A stretch of DNA of 64,000 nucleotides. Origin: Escherichia phage JLBYU32. This document shows, one piece after another, positions 36,077-46,846 of the stretch. Both the position numbers and the translations under genes were made by a program. How positions within the stretch are numbered: the stretch's first letter is position 1; each line of letters begins with the position of its first letter. The notes beneath the pieces were generated by a model, which worked only from the letters and a program-made list of their open reading frames with translations, had not been told where the DNA came from and ran no database searches. The stretch lies in sequence record OK272490.1, one strand, 5' to 3'.

Positions 36077-37176
36077 TATTCATAATCCCTAATAACTAGC
36101 CCGACAGGGAACTGTAAAGAACCCTTACGAGTCATCTTCTGGAACTGTACCGTTAAAGGTTTCCCGATAAACTCTTCAGGATGCTCAGCAAGATACTGTT
36201 TCTTCTCATGAGTAGTCTTCCATGAGACATCTACAAAGACGTTAGGAAGAGTCTCTACAACGAACTTACCGTGGCCACGTTTATCAGTCTTGACACCAGT
36301 CACTTTAAACTCTTCAGTGTGCATCTTCTTGTGCTTAATCAAGAAGTATGAACGGTGACAACACTCATAGAAGGAGTCTTCAGAGATTGAACGGTACATT
36401 GCACCTTCAAACTTAGCTTCAACCCACTTATCATGAGCTTCATCGAACTCTTCCCAAGAATTTACACGACGAGACTTAACAGGGACAACTTTACAGCCGT
36501 CTCTAAAGTCATTCAATGGTGAAGTCTCAATAATATCTCTACGCTCAGGCCACGTCTTAGTACTGTCACAGATATCGTACCAGTAAAACTTGAGTAAGTG
36601 TCTGTCAGGATTGTCTTCATTTTTAATCATGGAGACAATATCTTCTAAGTCCCACCCATGAGCATAAATCTCTCCATCAAATTCATCAACATCTTTGTGG
36701 AGCCTTAACATTGCCATAATGTCAGGTATTAGTTCAGTAGGGATTTTGTAAACAGTATTCTCACGAGAATATGCCGTGAAACTAACTGAATCATCACCTC
36801 TTGAAATTCTACAACGTACACCATCAAGTTTTGGTTGAGCATCAGCAGGGAACTTCAGATACTTTGCATGACTAACCTTTGCAGCATCATGAGCAAGCTG
36901 TACACCTACCTTCTCAGTATTCTGTGCAGATTCTTTTGTGTAAGCATACCCTTTACGGTCAACCTGCTTTTTATACTTAGCAGCAACTTCAAAGAGAGCT
37001 TGCTGTTCAGCGTTACGCTCATTCTTTTTACCAATGTTCTTAGGTTCTGCTGTATACTCTTCAAACATCATCTTGCCATTTTCTTTACCGTAGGTTGTAA
37101 TAACTTTGTCGCCTACAGCAACACATGACCAGACATTGAAAGAGCCATCTTTATTTTGTTTGTATAGAATTGTCAT
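36076..37176 (-). CDS. ATP-dependent DNA ligase
   Basis: Adenylation motif I PKLDGVRCRI; start set at internal ATG (MTILYKQ) with aggaataaa SD rather than track start 37212. Confidence 0.65.
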   Translation of the reverse strand: MTILYKQNKDGSFNVWSCVAVGDKVITTYGKENGKMMFEEYTAEPKNIGKKNERNAEQQALFEVAAKYKKQVDRKGYAYTKESAQNTEKVGVQLAHDAAKVSHAKYLKFPADAQPKLDGVRCRISRGDDSVSFTAYSRENTVYKIPTELIPDIMAMLRLHKDVDEFDGEIYAHGWDLEDIVSMIKNEDNPDRHLLKFYWYDICDSTKTWPERRDIIETSPLNDFRDGCKVVPVKSRRVNSWEEFDEAHDKWVEAKFEGAMYRSISEDSFYECCHRSYFLIKHKKMHTEEFKVTGVKTDKRGHGKFVVETLPNVFVDVSWKTTHEKKQYLAEHPEEFIGKPLTVQFQKMTRKGSLQFPVGLVIRDYE

Positions 37177-37177
37177 T

Positions 37178-37369
37178 TTATTCCTCTGAGTGATACCAAG
37201 TATTGCAAGCATTACATGCGTAAAGCTCTAAGTCATTTTTATCAGGTTTATGAAAGCAGTTTGCTCCGCAGTGGCAACGAAACGGCTTTCCACCAACTGT
37301 CAGGGTGAAGGATTGAACCTTTCCATTAGGAGTTCGTACAGCATTTTTATGCTTATCTTCTTTGTTCAT
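37178..37369 (-). CDS. zinc-finger small protein
   Basis: 63 aa with CHCGANC and CNACN cysteine pairs. Confidence 0.35.
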   Translation of the reverse strand: MNKEDKHKNAVRTPNGKVQSFTLTVGGKPFRCHCGANCFHKPDKNDLELYACNACNTWYHSEE

Positions 37370-37572
37370 TTTCTCTTACCACCAATCTCTACGTCAACCA
37401 CTTGAACATCACCAGCAACATCAAACTTATGAATGATGCTTTCCACAGTGTAAGTCCAACCATCAATGCGAACTAACTCACCCTCTCGTGGGACGATTGG
37501 ATTACGTTGAGCTACAGTTGTAGTGGAGTGAACAACATCATAACAATAGATATAGTTTACTAATACTTCCAT
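37366..37572 (-). CDS. hypothetical small protein
   Basis: Track ORF 37366-37671 trimmed to ATG 37572 (SD gagtgagg) to avoid overlap with lipoprotein gene. Confidence 0.3.
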   Translation of the reverse strand: MEVLVNYIYCYDVVHSTTTVAQRNPIVPREGELVRIDGWTYTVESIIHKFDVAGDVQVVDVEIGGKRK

Positions 37573-37582
37573 CGTGAAAACC

Positions 37583-37840
37583 TCACTCAATAACCGTGGT
37601 ATGTGATTGACCATTTTTGCCATAGCTATAAGATGTTGTTGTTTGAGAGTTTGGACATCTGACAACAACAATATCCCTGCTTATAGCGTCACCATTGAGT
37701 TTGTAGATTTTGCAGTCTTGCATCTCTGGAGGTAGGCTGTAAGAAGCATCTTTGTTTTCATAAGAAGGGTTGCAGCCAGCCAGAAAAATTACTCCAAGTG
37801 CAACCATTACTTTCACACAACTCTTAATCTTATTGTTCAC
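37583..37840 (-). CDS. lipoprotein
   Basis: 85 aa; signal peptide with lipobox LAGC. Confidence 0.5.
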   Translation of the reverse strand: MNNKIKSCVKVMVALGVIFLAGCNPSYENKDASYSLPPEMQDCKIYKLNGDAISRDIVVVRCPNSQTTTSYSYGKNGQSHTTVIE

Positions 37841-37972
37841 GATAGTCTACCTCTCTGTATGTTTTTAAATAGTGGGTGATGAGTTCTGGTAATTCACTAC
37901 GTTTAACGTTTGAACGAAGAAGTGTCCAGTCAAAACCTTTACCAACCCTTCCCCAGAGACTGTACAGTTTCT

Positions 37973-38206
37973 TCATATCAACTCCAGAATATCAATACGT
38001 TCACCCTTAAGAACTCCAGTACGGTCTCTTGCAATCTTGCCGTCAACAATAAGGATATGTGCAGCCCTTAAAGAGTCACCATTAAAACCTTTTACGAACT
38101 TGCTAGGCATCACTACAATGGACATCTCCTGAATCAACTCTGGAGTATAGCAATTATCGTGAAGTTGCTGAATAACGTCTGCAAGTGTCATTTTTGATGT
38201 CTCCAA
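37973..38206 (-). CDS. hypothetical protein
   Basis: 77 aa ORF. Confidence 0.35.
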   Translation of the reverse strand: METSKMTLADVIQQLHDNCYTPELIQEMSIVVMPSKFVKGFNGDSLRAAHILIVDGKIARDRTGVLKGERIDILELI

Positions 38207-38397
38207 TACTCAATGTCAATAAGTTCTTGTGCAATGCTTTTCAGATTACCTTTCAAGAAAACCTTCTCAGAACCTGAAAGAGATGAATTGTCAATTAACC
38301 TGTTCATTCTCTCAAACAACTTCTGCTTACGGTTCTTAATAGTTTCCTTTGAAGCACCTTTCATCATCGCTGCATGGGTTCTTCCACGGTGACTCAT
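38188..38397 (-). CDS. hypothetical basic protein
   Basis: 69 aa ORF. Confidence 0.3.
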   Translation of the reverse strand: MSHRGRTHAAMMKGASKETIKNRKQKLFERMNRLIDNSSLSGSEKVFLKGNLKSIAQELIDIEYWRHQK

Positions 38398-38458
38398 AAG
38401 CCCTCCTATACAAGATGTAGTATAAGGTACTCTTCCCTGAGCACCTTGTCAATACTAA

Positions 38459-39010
38459 TTAGTGTACCTCATACCAGCTTTTACCAACCTTACCAGTACC
38501 TGTAACAAGTGTTTCTTTCTTAAGACCTAAGTTCTTAGAAGCTTGTCCATAATACCAGTCAGTAACTGCTTTCACTTCTGCCGTCATACTTTCTGGACAT
38601 TCCCAACTCGTCTCGTCGTGATAGGAGCACAATAAACGAGCACCTATAGCTGGCTTGCGACCGTTCAACTTCATCAAACCTTCGTCAATCATACGACGGC
38701 AAGCAAGGTTAATTGCTTCATTCTGAACCTGCGCCTCACTACCCATAAGTGTGTAATTCAATAACTTATGTGGAGATTTACACCATAACCACGCTCCAGC
38801 GACCTGAATGTACCCACCCTTAGCGATTGCAGCACTCTTGCCGAAAACCTCTTCTAATGCCTTCTTAGTGGCCTTAAAATCGGCTTCTAAGTTATCAAGT
38901 AGCTTCTTAATCTTTGGTAGACGCATATAGTAGGTCTGCTTAGTCAATGCACCTTCTTCTGTAGAAGCTGCCTTAATGGTTTTGGCAAACTTCTCATCAC
39001 CTGCACCGAA
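38459..39010 (-). CDS. DNA polymerase family A, C-terminal segment (motif B remainder and motif C)
   Basis: FGAGDEKFAK matches second half of Pol A motif B (T7 gp5 YGAGDEK); SYHDE resembles motif C; track ORF begins at TTG. Confidence 0.7.
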   Translation of the reverse strand, partial: FGAGDEKFAKTIKAASTEEGALTKQTYYMRLPKIKKLLDNLEADFKATKKALEEVFGKSAAIAKGGYIQVAGAWLWCKSPHKLLNYTLMGSEAQVQNEAINLACRRMIDEGLMKLNGRKPAIGARLLCSYHDETSWECPESMTAEVKAVTDWYYGQASKNLGLKKETLVTGTGKVGKSWYEVH

Positions 39011-39824
39011 CAATACATCTGGTCAATACACTCGCAAGGTGTACCAGTTCTCTTATGAACTTCTCCGCATTTCTACGGAGTGTCGGACTATATCACGTAG
39101 TAGTAATACTACCGTTGCACTTGGGAATGGTCATTAGCTTACCACCCTACTCTACTCAGTTCATACATTAAGTATGCTTTTCGATAGTCTCTGAACGTTT
39201 CTCTGTTAGGAACTCTAAAATACTATTGTTTACTAAGGTATGCAATTGCTCTCTGCATATTATCTACACTGTCTGAGAACAAGCCAAGACCTCTGTTACA
39301 GTTGTGGCACAACATCCCTCTCACCTTACCTGTTTTGTGGTCATGGTCAACAACAAGTTTAGCTTTATGTCTTGAGCCATTCATGATGAAACCTTCACCG
39401 CCACAGATTTGGCACTTATGGCCACATTTACTTAACAACTCTTCAACCTCTTCTCTTTCTAGGCCGTAAGTCCTTAAGTAGTAGTTCTTTACCCTTCCCT
39501 TTTCTCCACATGCAGAACTGCAATATGTCTGTCTTGCTGTTCTAGGTGTGAATTGGTTATTGCAGCTTGGACATATCTTTTCTATGACACGGTTTGCTGC
39601 TCTCCTGTCTACTTCAAGAACGCAGTTTCTGCAACGTTTTTGATTGTACTGGTATGGCTTAAACTCTTCGCCACATCTGGAACAAACTCTCTCTTTATAA
39701 CCTACCATTGTCTCTCTCCCATTTCTACTATAGGAGTCCTAACAGAGACTTCGCTGCTGATTACCATATCTTTTAAGACTTAGGCTTCCAGCAATTCACA
39801 ACGTTTTACATGCGCCACTGACGC
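39011..39824 (-). mobile_element. Intervening sequence in DNA polymerase gene carrying HNH endonuclease ORF (group I intron candidate or free-standing insertion)
   Basis: Pol A motif B is split: upstream segment ends ...RKKAKNGIY, downstream starts FGAGDEK; about 0.8 kb between contains HNH ORF; exact splice sites not determinable by eye. Confidence 0.5.
39223..39708 (-). CDS. HNH homing endonuclease
   Basis: 161 aa; multiple CxxC pairs and VDHDHKTGKVRGMLCHNCNRGLG HNH core. Confidence 0.7.
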   Translation of the reverse strand: MVGYKERVCSRCGEEFKPYQYNQKRCRNCVLEVDRRAANRVIEKICPSCNNQFTPRTARQTYCSSACGEKGRVKNYYLRTYGLEREEVEELLSKCGHKCQICGGEGFIMNGSRHKAKLVVDHDHKTGKVRGMLCHNCNRGLGLFSDSVDNMQRAIAYLSKQ

Positions 39825-41963
39825 ATAGATACCATTCTTAGCCTTCTTACGGCCTTTAGTTATCTCGTGAAGAAGTTCCTCATCCTGTGTCTCTCTACAA
39901 CGGATAATATCTTCTTCTTTGTTCAATGCAAAATAGATACTGTTAAGTGTATGCGCATCAGTACCTGTGTAGACTTCATACAAATCATTATCAGCATCGT
40001 AACGACAATATTTATCAGCCTCTGGATTTAGGTACTTATCAAGATGCTTGCAGTAGTATCGTCCATCATCCTGTTTAGTGAACTCTACAAACTCTTTACC
40101 TTCAGTTACCGCTTTGGTGAAGTCTTTATCACCCATAAAGTTACACAGTAAAACAAGCTGTGCAGAGTTCTGGTCAACTGAAACGATATTAGTCCCTTCC
40201 TCGCAAATCCACACCTCCCTCATAGGCGCTCCATAGACAGCAGCACCAGACGGCACGTTTACAATACCATATTGTGTCATACGCCCAGTTGAAGTACCAA
40301 ACACCATTGCACCAGCACTAAGGCGACCATCTGGACGAATCTGGTTCAGCCAACCTTTCTCGTCATCCTTTGAGTTCTCAATAGTTCTGCGTCGGTGCAT
40401 CAAAGTATAGTACTTAGCAATCTTCTGTCCAAGTTCACCTTCAATCGTATCATAAGATGATTCAGTAAGTTTTGGTGAAGTACGGATTAAGCAAGGCTCA
40501 AGCAAATCTGTGTACTTCTTCACAGACCAGTTATGCTCAATGTACTGGACACCTTCATGCTCAACATAGCTCAAACCACACCGCTCAACCATTTCCTGCC
40601 ATTTAGGATGCTTGGTAATCATCTTTTTGTTGTCTTTGAAACGACAAACCTTAACAGGACGACCATCTGAGTCTTTCTTGTAGTTCCAGTCATCTGGAAT
40701 CCAACCAACTGATTTCAAGTAGTCTTTAACAACTGCTACCTGAGTCATACGAGAAACTTCAAACTCAATTGGTGTATATGGTGCATCAATCAATCCTGTG
40801 TAGCGACTTGACTCAAGTTCAAAGTGGTTAACAACGTGGCTGTTATAGTACTTCACAGTTTTGACTGTTTTTACTGGCTTCCAGTCTTTGCATTTCTTAC
40901 CAATCTTTGCATTCAACTCATTGCAAATTGCACGAGCATCCTTCATTGCTACAAAGCCTTCCTTGTACTCTTCACCAGTTACAGAGTTGGTTGGTGTATA
41001 GCAATTTCTCTTTTCAATGTTAAAAATCTTTGTAGTTGGCTTACCAAATGGTTTGATTTCATAAGTCTGCATCTCACCATTACGCACCTGCTGACGATAC
41101 TTCGTCTTAGGGTACTTGGTAATTCTTTTCAGTCCATCTGCATGACCAAATGCTTCAACATACTCATTCCAAGCTTTTGCAAACTCTTCTCCAGTGACTT
41201 TACCTTTGGTCTTAATAGTTGGAGGTAGATGTGGTTCAACCTCTGAAGCAAGCTCATTAGTCAACTTGTCAAGTTCCTTTACATGGAACTCCATAAGCTC
41301 TTTATCAGCTTTCCAGCCATTAATAGCTTGTTGACTCATCCAGAAAGACGTCTCTTTAGCTCGCATGTAGGTTTCATAAGTGTCTATGCCACACTTCTTA
41401 AGCTTGAGATACTCGTTATCAAGTGCCCGTTTAGTTTTGGCGTTAATACGGATATCTTCTACAACACGAGTGAAGATTTCTGCATTCCACACACCCCAAT
41501 GTTCAATCTCTGGTTTACGAACACCAACACGAGCACCCCATGCAGCCAAACCATGAGCACCTTTATAACCCTTTGGAGTTGGTCTATCCATCCACTGAAC
41601 ACGAGACTGGATAAGAGAATCCTGAAAGAAATTACTCCACGGTTTACACTTTGGATTATCAAAGTTCCATAAATCAGGTGCAATGTGATTGAAAACCCAC
41701 CAGTCATAACCGAGACCATTATGGATGCAAAGACGTTTTGCCTTTAACGCAAACTCAATGCCTTCACGTAAGCCACCCTTAATGTACTTGGTATACTTGT
41801 GACCGAGGATAGGCTCATCTGTAAAGACCCATACAGGCGGCTCTTCATCGTCAGATTTATAGTCTGCGAAAGCCATTACGTGCACTTTAGTGAACTCAAG
41901 GAGTAAACCATCAGTTTCTGTATCACCAACTAAATGTAAGTTTTTAAAATCTACGTTTTCCAT
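39825..41963 (-). CDS. DNA polymerase family A, N-terminal segment (3'-5' exonuclease plus motif A)
   Basis: Exo I motif DTETDGL; motif A-like VSVDQNSAQLVLL; ends within motif B; start set at ATG 41963 (MENVDF) with agagggag SD. Confidence 0.75.
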
Positions 41964-42136
41964 TTTTACTCCCTCTAAAATCATTAACCTCATACATTAC
42001 TGCAAAAAATTATAAAAAGCAAGTTGACAATGCACTTGACAAGGTGTTAATCTTTGTGAAGTGGGTTTTTACTTAAAAGGTTACTTAACAGTTTAACTAT
42101 ACAGATACTTTAAAATTCTTAAAAGATTATTTAATA

Positions 42137-42178
42137 GCTTTTAAAAAGCTTTAAAGTATAACGTATAGAATACGTTAA
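42137..42178. promoter_or_regulatory. palindromes in divergent intergenic region (operator or origin-like)
   Basis: Near-palindrome agcttttaaaaagct and inverted repeat aacgtat-aga-atacgtt in AT-rich 260-bp region between divergent gene blocks. Confidence 0.3.
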
Positions 42179-42220
42179 GATAAAAGATTAAAACTTAATA
42201 GTTACTTAAAAGAGGCTTAC

Positions 42221-42643
42221 ATGCAGAAAATGTTTGTTCACCCAGACATAGCTGACTTTGTTAGAGCTTTGCAGAAGTTGGAAGAACTTGACATTGCTGC
42301 TCAACGGGAATATGCTCACCATCACAGGAGAATGGTTGATATACAACATGAAATAGAGTTGTCTGAAAACTATGAAGATGACTTAAAATGCTCTGTATTT
42401 GAGCATATGAAAGATGTTGCTACAGCGAGACGTAAAGCTAAAGACACAGTTGCTTTACTAGATTCTCTTAAAAAGAGGTTGCAAAGTGGTACAGACCTGT
42501 GTAATCTAGCATCACTGATTAACGATGTTGAAACTTCTTGGGATAGGCACTATTATCCACGTTCTGAAAAGACACTTGACTTTTCTTCATCCGAAAACTT
42601 AAAATGTTCTAGAAAGAAACTTAACCAACTGAGAGAGAAATAA
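42221..42643 (+). CDS. hypothetical protein
   Basis: 140 aa ORF with aaaagagg SD. Confidence 0.45.
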   Translation: MQKMFVHPDIADFVRALQKLEELDIAAQREYAHHHRRMVDIQHEIELSENYEDDLKCSVFEHMKDVATARRKAKDTVALLDSLKKRLQSGTDLCNLASLINDVETSWDRHYYPRSEKTLDFSSSENLKCSRKKLNQLREK

Positions 42644-42644
42644 T

Positions 42645-43445
42645 ATGAATATCGATGTAGAAAAGATGCTTGAAGAGAAAGGTGTTGATGAAGCATTCTT
42701 AATCAATGCCGTAGAAAGCATGGCTATGATTCTTCGTGGTAATAACTACACAGAACAGTTTATGCCTGCAAGCTATAACTTGCCTGAAGACAAGTCTGAT
42801 AACGGTGCTTTTGCAGAACAGGTTAATATGATGTTGACAGACACTACACTTGCTCTGGCATCTATTGCGGTTGGTGTTGATGCACTTGCTGAGTTCATTT
42901 TTTATGAAATGCAAAAGAATGACTATATCAGAATGTCAGATGAAGATAAGGAACTGTTGCTGACTAAGGACACTGATTTCATTATTGATACGCTTATCTC
43001 ATCAACGAGTGCTGTTATGGCTGTTCTTGAGAAGCGCATGGAAGAGAAACTTTCACGATATGAAAAACTTGATTGGGGTGTAGAAGAACTAAACCCACGA
43101 ATCAAGGAGATTATCCAGCAAACTAAAGAGTCTTTGGTAGAAGCGGTTGAAAATGACTCTGTAGCTGACATCGAACCACTTCAGGTGAAAGTTGCACTGA
43201 TGATTCCAGCTATCTCTACGATGATGAATATCGTTGCGCTAATCCAACTGTCACAGATGATGGGTGTGAGTATTGAGTTCATTGAAGAGATGACTGGTGG
43301 TGTCAGTATGCAAGCAATCAATGATGTTTTGGTGAACATTGGTGCTTCCATCATTGAAGAGAAACTACGCATTAACTTCGGTGATGATTTTGTGAAGCAA
43401 CTTTCAGCTATGGCTGAAAAAGAGTCTGCTGAGCAACTGAACTAA
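42645..43445 (+). CDS. hypothetical acidic protein
   Basis: 266 aa ORF with gagagag SD. Confidence 0.45.
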   Translation: MNIDVEKMLEEKGVDEAFLINAVESMAMILRGNNYTEQFMPASYNLPEDKSDNGAFAEQVNMMLTDTTLALASIAVGVDALAEFIFYEMQKNDYIRMSDEDKELLLTKDTDFIIDTLISSTSAVMAVLEKRMEEKLSRYEKLDWGVEELNPRIKEIIQQTKESLVEAVENDSVADIEPLQVKVALMIPAISTMMNIVALIQLSQMMGVSIEFIEEMTGGVSMQAINDVLVNIGASIIEEKLRINFGDDFVKQLSAMAEKESAEQLN

Positions 43446-43462
43446 GTCTTTATAAATCTTAC

Positions 43463-43487
43463 AAGCCTCCTTAGTTGGGGGCTTTTT
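43463..43487 (+). terminator. hairpin plus T-tract
   Basis: aagcctcc-ttagttg-ggggct followed by TTTTT. Confidence 0.35.
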
Positions 43488-43506
43488 AGTAATTAAGGGA
43501 GATAAA

Positions 43507-44250
43507 ATGAGTAATATTATTGCATTTACTGGAAAGGCACGTTCTGGAAAAGATACCTCATGTTCTATTGTGAAGAACATCTTAGAGGATGAGTACGGCT
43601 ACAATGTTGCTGTAATGGCCTTTGCAGACAACCTTAAACTATCTGCATCAAAGATATTTGACTTGACTTGGAATGACCTGTACGGTGAAACTAAAGAGAC
43701 TCCACAGGTATTTGACTTATCATATCCTGAACTGATGTTTAAAGTTACGGAAGCTATGGAGTTCACCTTCAGAGATGAACGTTACCATATGGACTTCAAG
43801 CTTATGTCAGAGTTAACCGGACGATTAATCATGGAGCTTAAGAAGGTTGCTAAACCTACCATACTAACACGTCTGGGATTTAGTAAAAAGTATAAATTCT
43901 CATCAAGACAAATTCAACAAATTTGGGGTACTGAAGTTGTCCGTAAGGTAATGGGCGACAAGTTCTGGTCTAAAGACCTTGAAAAAAGAATGGTTAGATT
44001 CCATGAAATGTGCTCACTTAGAAATCAATATGGTTTTGTTTTAATCAGTGATTTAAGATTTGACTCTGAAGCTGAATGGCTGAGTAGATTTGCACACCAA
44101 ACTATTGAAGTAAAAAGAGACAATGTGGACAAAGTTTCATCACATGTTTCAGAAAATGGGATTTCTACAAAATATGAGCGTGACATTATTCATAATAATG
44201 GTACTCTTGCAGACCTTGAGAACAAGCTAAGAGCCATCATTAAAGTTTAA
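43507..44250 (+). CDS. deoxynucleoside monophosphate kinase
   Basis: N-terminal P-loop FTGKARSGKDT resembling T4 gp1-type dNMP kinase. Confidence 0.55.
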   Translation: MSNIIAFTGKARSGKDTSCSIVKNILEDEYGYNVAVMAFADNLKLSASKIFDLTWNDLYGETKETPQVFDLSYPELMFKVTEAMEFTFRDERYHMDFKLMSELTGRLIMELKKVAKPTILTRLGFSKKYKFSSRQIQQIWGTEVVRKVMGDKFWSKDLEKRMVRFHEMCSLRNQYGFVLISDLRFDSEAEWLSRFAHQTIEVKRDNVDKVSSHVSENGISTKYERDIIHNNGTLADLENKLRAIIKV

Positions 44251-44258
44251 AAGAGAGA

Positions 44259-44459
44259 ATGAAGATGAGAGTAAAAGACAATTTTAAAGTTATTGACCAC
44301 CGTTTAGTGGAACTCTCATCTCTTTCCAATGAGGTAATGATTGAACGTCTTAAGAGAGTTGAATCACGAAGGAAAGAGATTGCAGATGAAATTCATGAAC
44401 TGGACAAGATTGAAAACGGATTGAAGGCAGAACTACAACGAAGAGGTGCTAATGTCTAA
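44259..44459 (+). CDS. hypothetical small coiled-coil protein
   Basis: 66 aa ORF. Confidence 0.35.
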   Translation: MKMRVKDNFKVIDHRLVELSSLSNEVMIERLKRVESRRKEIADEIHELDKIENGLKAELQRRGANV

Positions 44460-46437
44460 AGGTCGTAAATTGAAAGAGGCCGGTCAGTTTATTGGTCATT
44501 GTGCATGTCCACGTTGTGGTTCATCAGATGCTGGTTCAATCTATCATCATGACGATGATTCTTATTCGATGACTTGCTTTAGTTGTAACAAAGGTTTCCC
44601 AGAGTGGGATTTTGATAAAGGACAAATCGTGAGCACTTATTCTACTGGTTCAGACAATAAAAACCGTACTTTCCGTGGAATGGATTTAGACGATGTAAAA
44701 GAAAACCTTGAAGCAATGGACTTAAAAGACAGGAAGATTCCTGCAAAAGTTCTTGAGCGTTTGGGTATCAAGGTTGACATTGACAGTGACGGTGAAATTG
44801 ACGCACATTTCTACCCAACTTACAAACGTAATGAAGATGGTAAGTTAGAGCACGTTGGTTACCGTGTACGTCACCGTTACCCAGAAGACCATCAAAAAGA
44901 GCACCTACGTGGTAAGCTAAAAGACTTTTCAGGTGGTGTTGGAGACATTAAAGGTGAACTGGCAATGTTCGGTTCATGGATTGCTCCAGAAGGTGGTAAC
45001 CGTCTATTCATCTGGGAAGGTGAGATGGAATGTGCGACAGCAATCTATATGACTTCTCTTGCGATTAAGGACAAATCTCGTCGTAAGAATTACTGTCACG
45101 TATCTGTTCCATCAGGTGCAAACATCAAGTCTATCAAAGATAACTATCAGTACATTACATCATTTGATGAGATTTACTTGTGCTTTGATAACGATGAAGC
45201 AGGTGCTAAAGCCACTAAAGAGGCTGCTGGTATCCTACCTATTGAGAAGGTTCGTTTATTCCAGTATCCAGAAGGCGTAAAAGACCTTAACGAGTGGTGG
45301 ACAAAGTTCTATAAAGAGAAAGATACAGTTCTGGAAGGATTTAAGCAGCGTATCTACAATGCACCTCGTTACTGTCCTGCTGGTATCAAGAACTTTGCAG
45401 ATGGTTTTGAGGCAATGAAGAATCGTGGTCAGATTCCTTTGATTCCTTTCCCAGAATCTTTCGGGGATTTGAACAGACTGACTTATGGTGGTTACGGTTT
45501 AGGTGAGATTACAACTCTGGCAGCACCATCTTCAGTAGGTAAGTCAGCTTACACTCGTGAGATGATTTATTCAGCTTGGAAGGAAACCGATTATAATATT
45601 GGTGTAATTCCTGTAGAAGATACCTACGAAGAGTTGATGGAGATGCTCTGTGCAATCCACCTGAGCAAGCAGATTTCCGAGATTCCTTATGATGAACGTG
45701 ATTGGGATGAATTAAAGGAAGCACACGCAGAACTATCTAAAGGTCGTCGTATCCACATCGTAGACCATCAAGGGGCAATTGACCAAGATAACCTGCTGGA
45801 ATTTGTTGACTATCTTGTTAACAGTTTAGACTGTAAGATTATCATTCTTGACCCTATCACGTTAGCCCTGTCACGTTCTGATACGGATGAAGAGGAAGTT
45901 TTATCTGAGCTATTGCGTCGTTGCAAACGCTACCAGTATGCGCAGGTAAACGTATGTCACGTTCGTAAGAGTGCAGGTGGTCAGAAAGCTAACTCTGAAG
46001 GTGGAGATATCTCTGAAGAGGATATCAAAGGTTCTGGTGCGTATTTTCAGATTTCTATGAATAACATTCTGTTAATGCGTAACAAGGTTGACCCAGACCC
46101 TGTTAAGAAAAACTTGACAAAAATCAAGCTAACTAAATGTCGTCGTCATGGTAAGTCAACGGGTATTGCTGGTCATACTTGGTACAATCCAGATACAGGA
46201 CGCCTCATCAAAGCATCTGGTTGCGGAGTTGACATTGATGGTGCAGCAGAAAATATTCGCCAACAGTTTGGTATTGGCGAAGCTGAAGACCATTACGATG
46301 ACTCTTTGCCACATTATGAGGATGAAGTGTTTGACCGTGAGACTGGTGAAGTCTATACTGAAGAGCAGCGTCAAAGCTCAACGATTCCACCTGTATTAAG
46401 TGAGGATGCAGATGACTGTCCATTCGAAACTGAGTGA
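44452..46437 (+). CDS. DNA primase-helicase (T7 gp4-like, zinc ribbon, TOPRIM, DnaB-family helicase)
   Basis: CPRCGSSDAGS...CFSCN zinc ribbon, TOPRIM acidic motifs (EGEMEC, CFDNDEAG), Walker A APSSVGKSAYT, Walker B IIILD; start at first ATG with gaagagg SD. Confidence 0.8.
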   Translation: MSKGRKLKEAGQFIGHCACPRCGSSDAGSIYHHDDDSYSMTCFSCNKGFPEWDFDKGQIVSTYSTGSDNKNRTFRGMDLDDVKENLEAMDLKDRKIPAKVLERLGIKVDIDSDGEIDAHFYPTYKRNEDGKLEHVGYRVRHRYPEDHQKEHLRGKLKDFSGGVGDIKGELAMFGSWIAPEGGNRLFIWEGEMECATAIYMTSLAIKDKSRRKNYCHVSVPSGANIKSIKDNYQYITSFDEIYLCFDNDEAGAKATKEAAGILPIEKVRLFQYPEGVKDLNEWWTKFYKEKDTVLEGFKQRIYNAPRYCPAGIKNFADGFEAMKNRGQIPLIPFPESFGDLNRLTYGGYGLGEITTLAAPSSVGKSAYTREMIYSAWKETDYNIGVIPVEDTYEELMEMLCAIHLSKQISEIPYDERDWDELKEAHAELSKGRRIHIVDHQGAIDQDNLLEFVDYLVNSLDCKIIILDPITLALSRSDTDEEEVLSELLRRCKRYQYAQVNVCHVRKSAGGQKANSEGGDISEEDIKGSGAYFQISMNNILLMRNKVDPDPVKKNLTKIKLTKCRRHGKSTGIAGHTWYNPDTGRLIKASGCGVDIDGAAENIRQQFGIGEAEDHYDDSLPHYEDEVFDRETGEVYTEEQRQSSTIPPVLSEDADDCPFETE

Positions 46438-46507
46438 TAGTTACAAAAGAGAGGGGTTCACACCCTTCTTTGAAGAAAAAAGTTTAAATGAATTTCAGGA
46501 AGAGTGT

Positions 46508-46536
46508 TTGACAAAGGTTGATAGGTTCTATAGAAT
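46508..46536 (+). promoter_or_regulatory. sigma70-like promoter (TTGACA-17-TAGAAT)
   Basis: TTGACA 46508-46513, 17-nt spacer, TAGAAT 46531-46536. Confidence 0.45.
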
Positions 46537-46689
46537 GCTCTACATGAAATGTGATGGAGGTGTTGAGGTAGAAGAAAAGTTCCATCACAGCATAATCACA
46601 GTCACTATTACTATACCTAAACATAATATTGGTTGGCTGTTTGTAATAAAAGAAAATGTGTTTGAATATCAAGTATATCGGAGAATATC

Positions 46690-46839
46690 ATGAAACACTC
46701 TAAAGCATTTGAAAAAGTTTTTGGGGATTCCTTAAAAGCCACTGCTGGAAAACCAGCAAAATACTATGAAGAGAAGCGTGTAAGAACTGGAAAAACTGCA
46801 CGTAAAGCAGCTTCTAAAGATAAGCACAACTTCCAGTAA
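46690..46839 (+). CDS. small basic protein (49 aa, speculative)
   Basis: ATG with ggag SD between two promoters; below ORF-track size cutoff. Confidence 0.25.
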   Translation: MKHSKAFEKVFGDSLKATAGKPAKYYEEKRVRTGKTARKAASKDKHNFQ

Positions 46840-46846
46840 TTAATGT

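Noticed and set aside
42024-42064. Two overlapping TTGACA hexamers as a promoter
   Set aside because: Neither has a convincing -10 element at 16-18 nt spacing; left unannotated as a promoter.
46400-46693. 97 aa ORF overlapping the primase-helicase 3' end
   Set aside because: It spans a promoter and non-coding spacer and has no ribosome-binding site; only the short ORF at 46690-46839 was kept, at low confidence.
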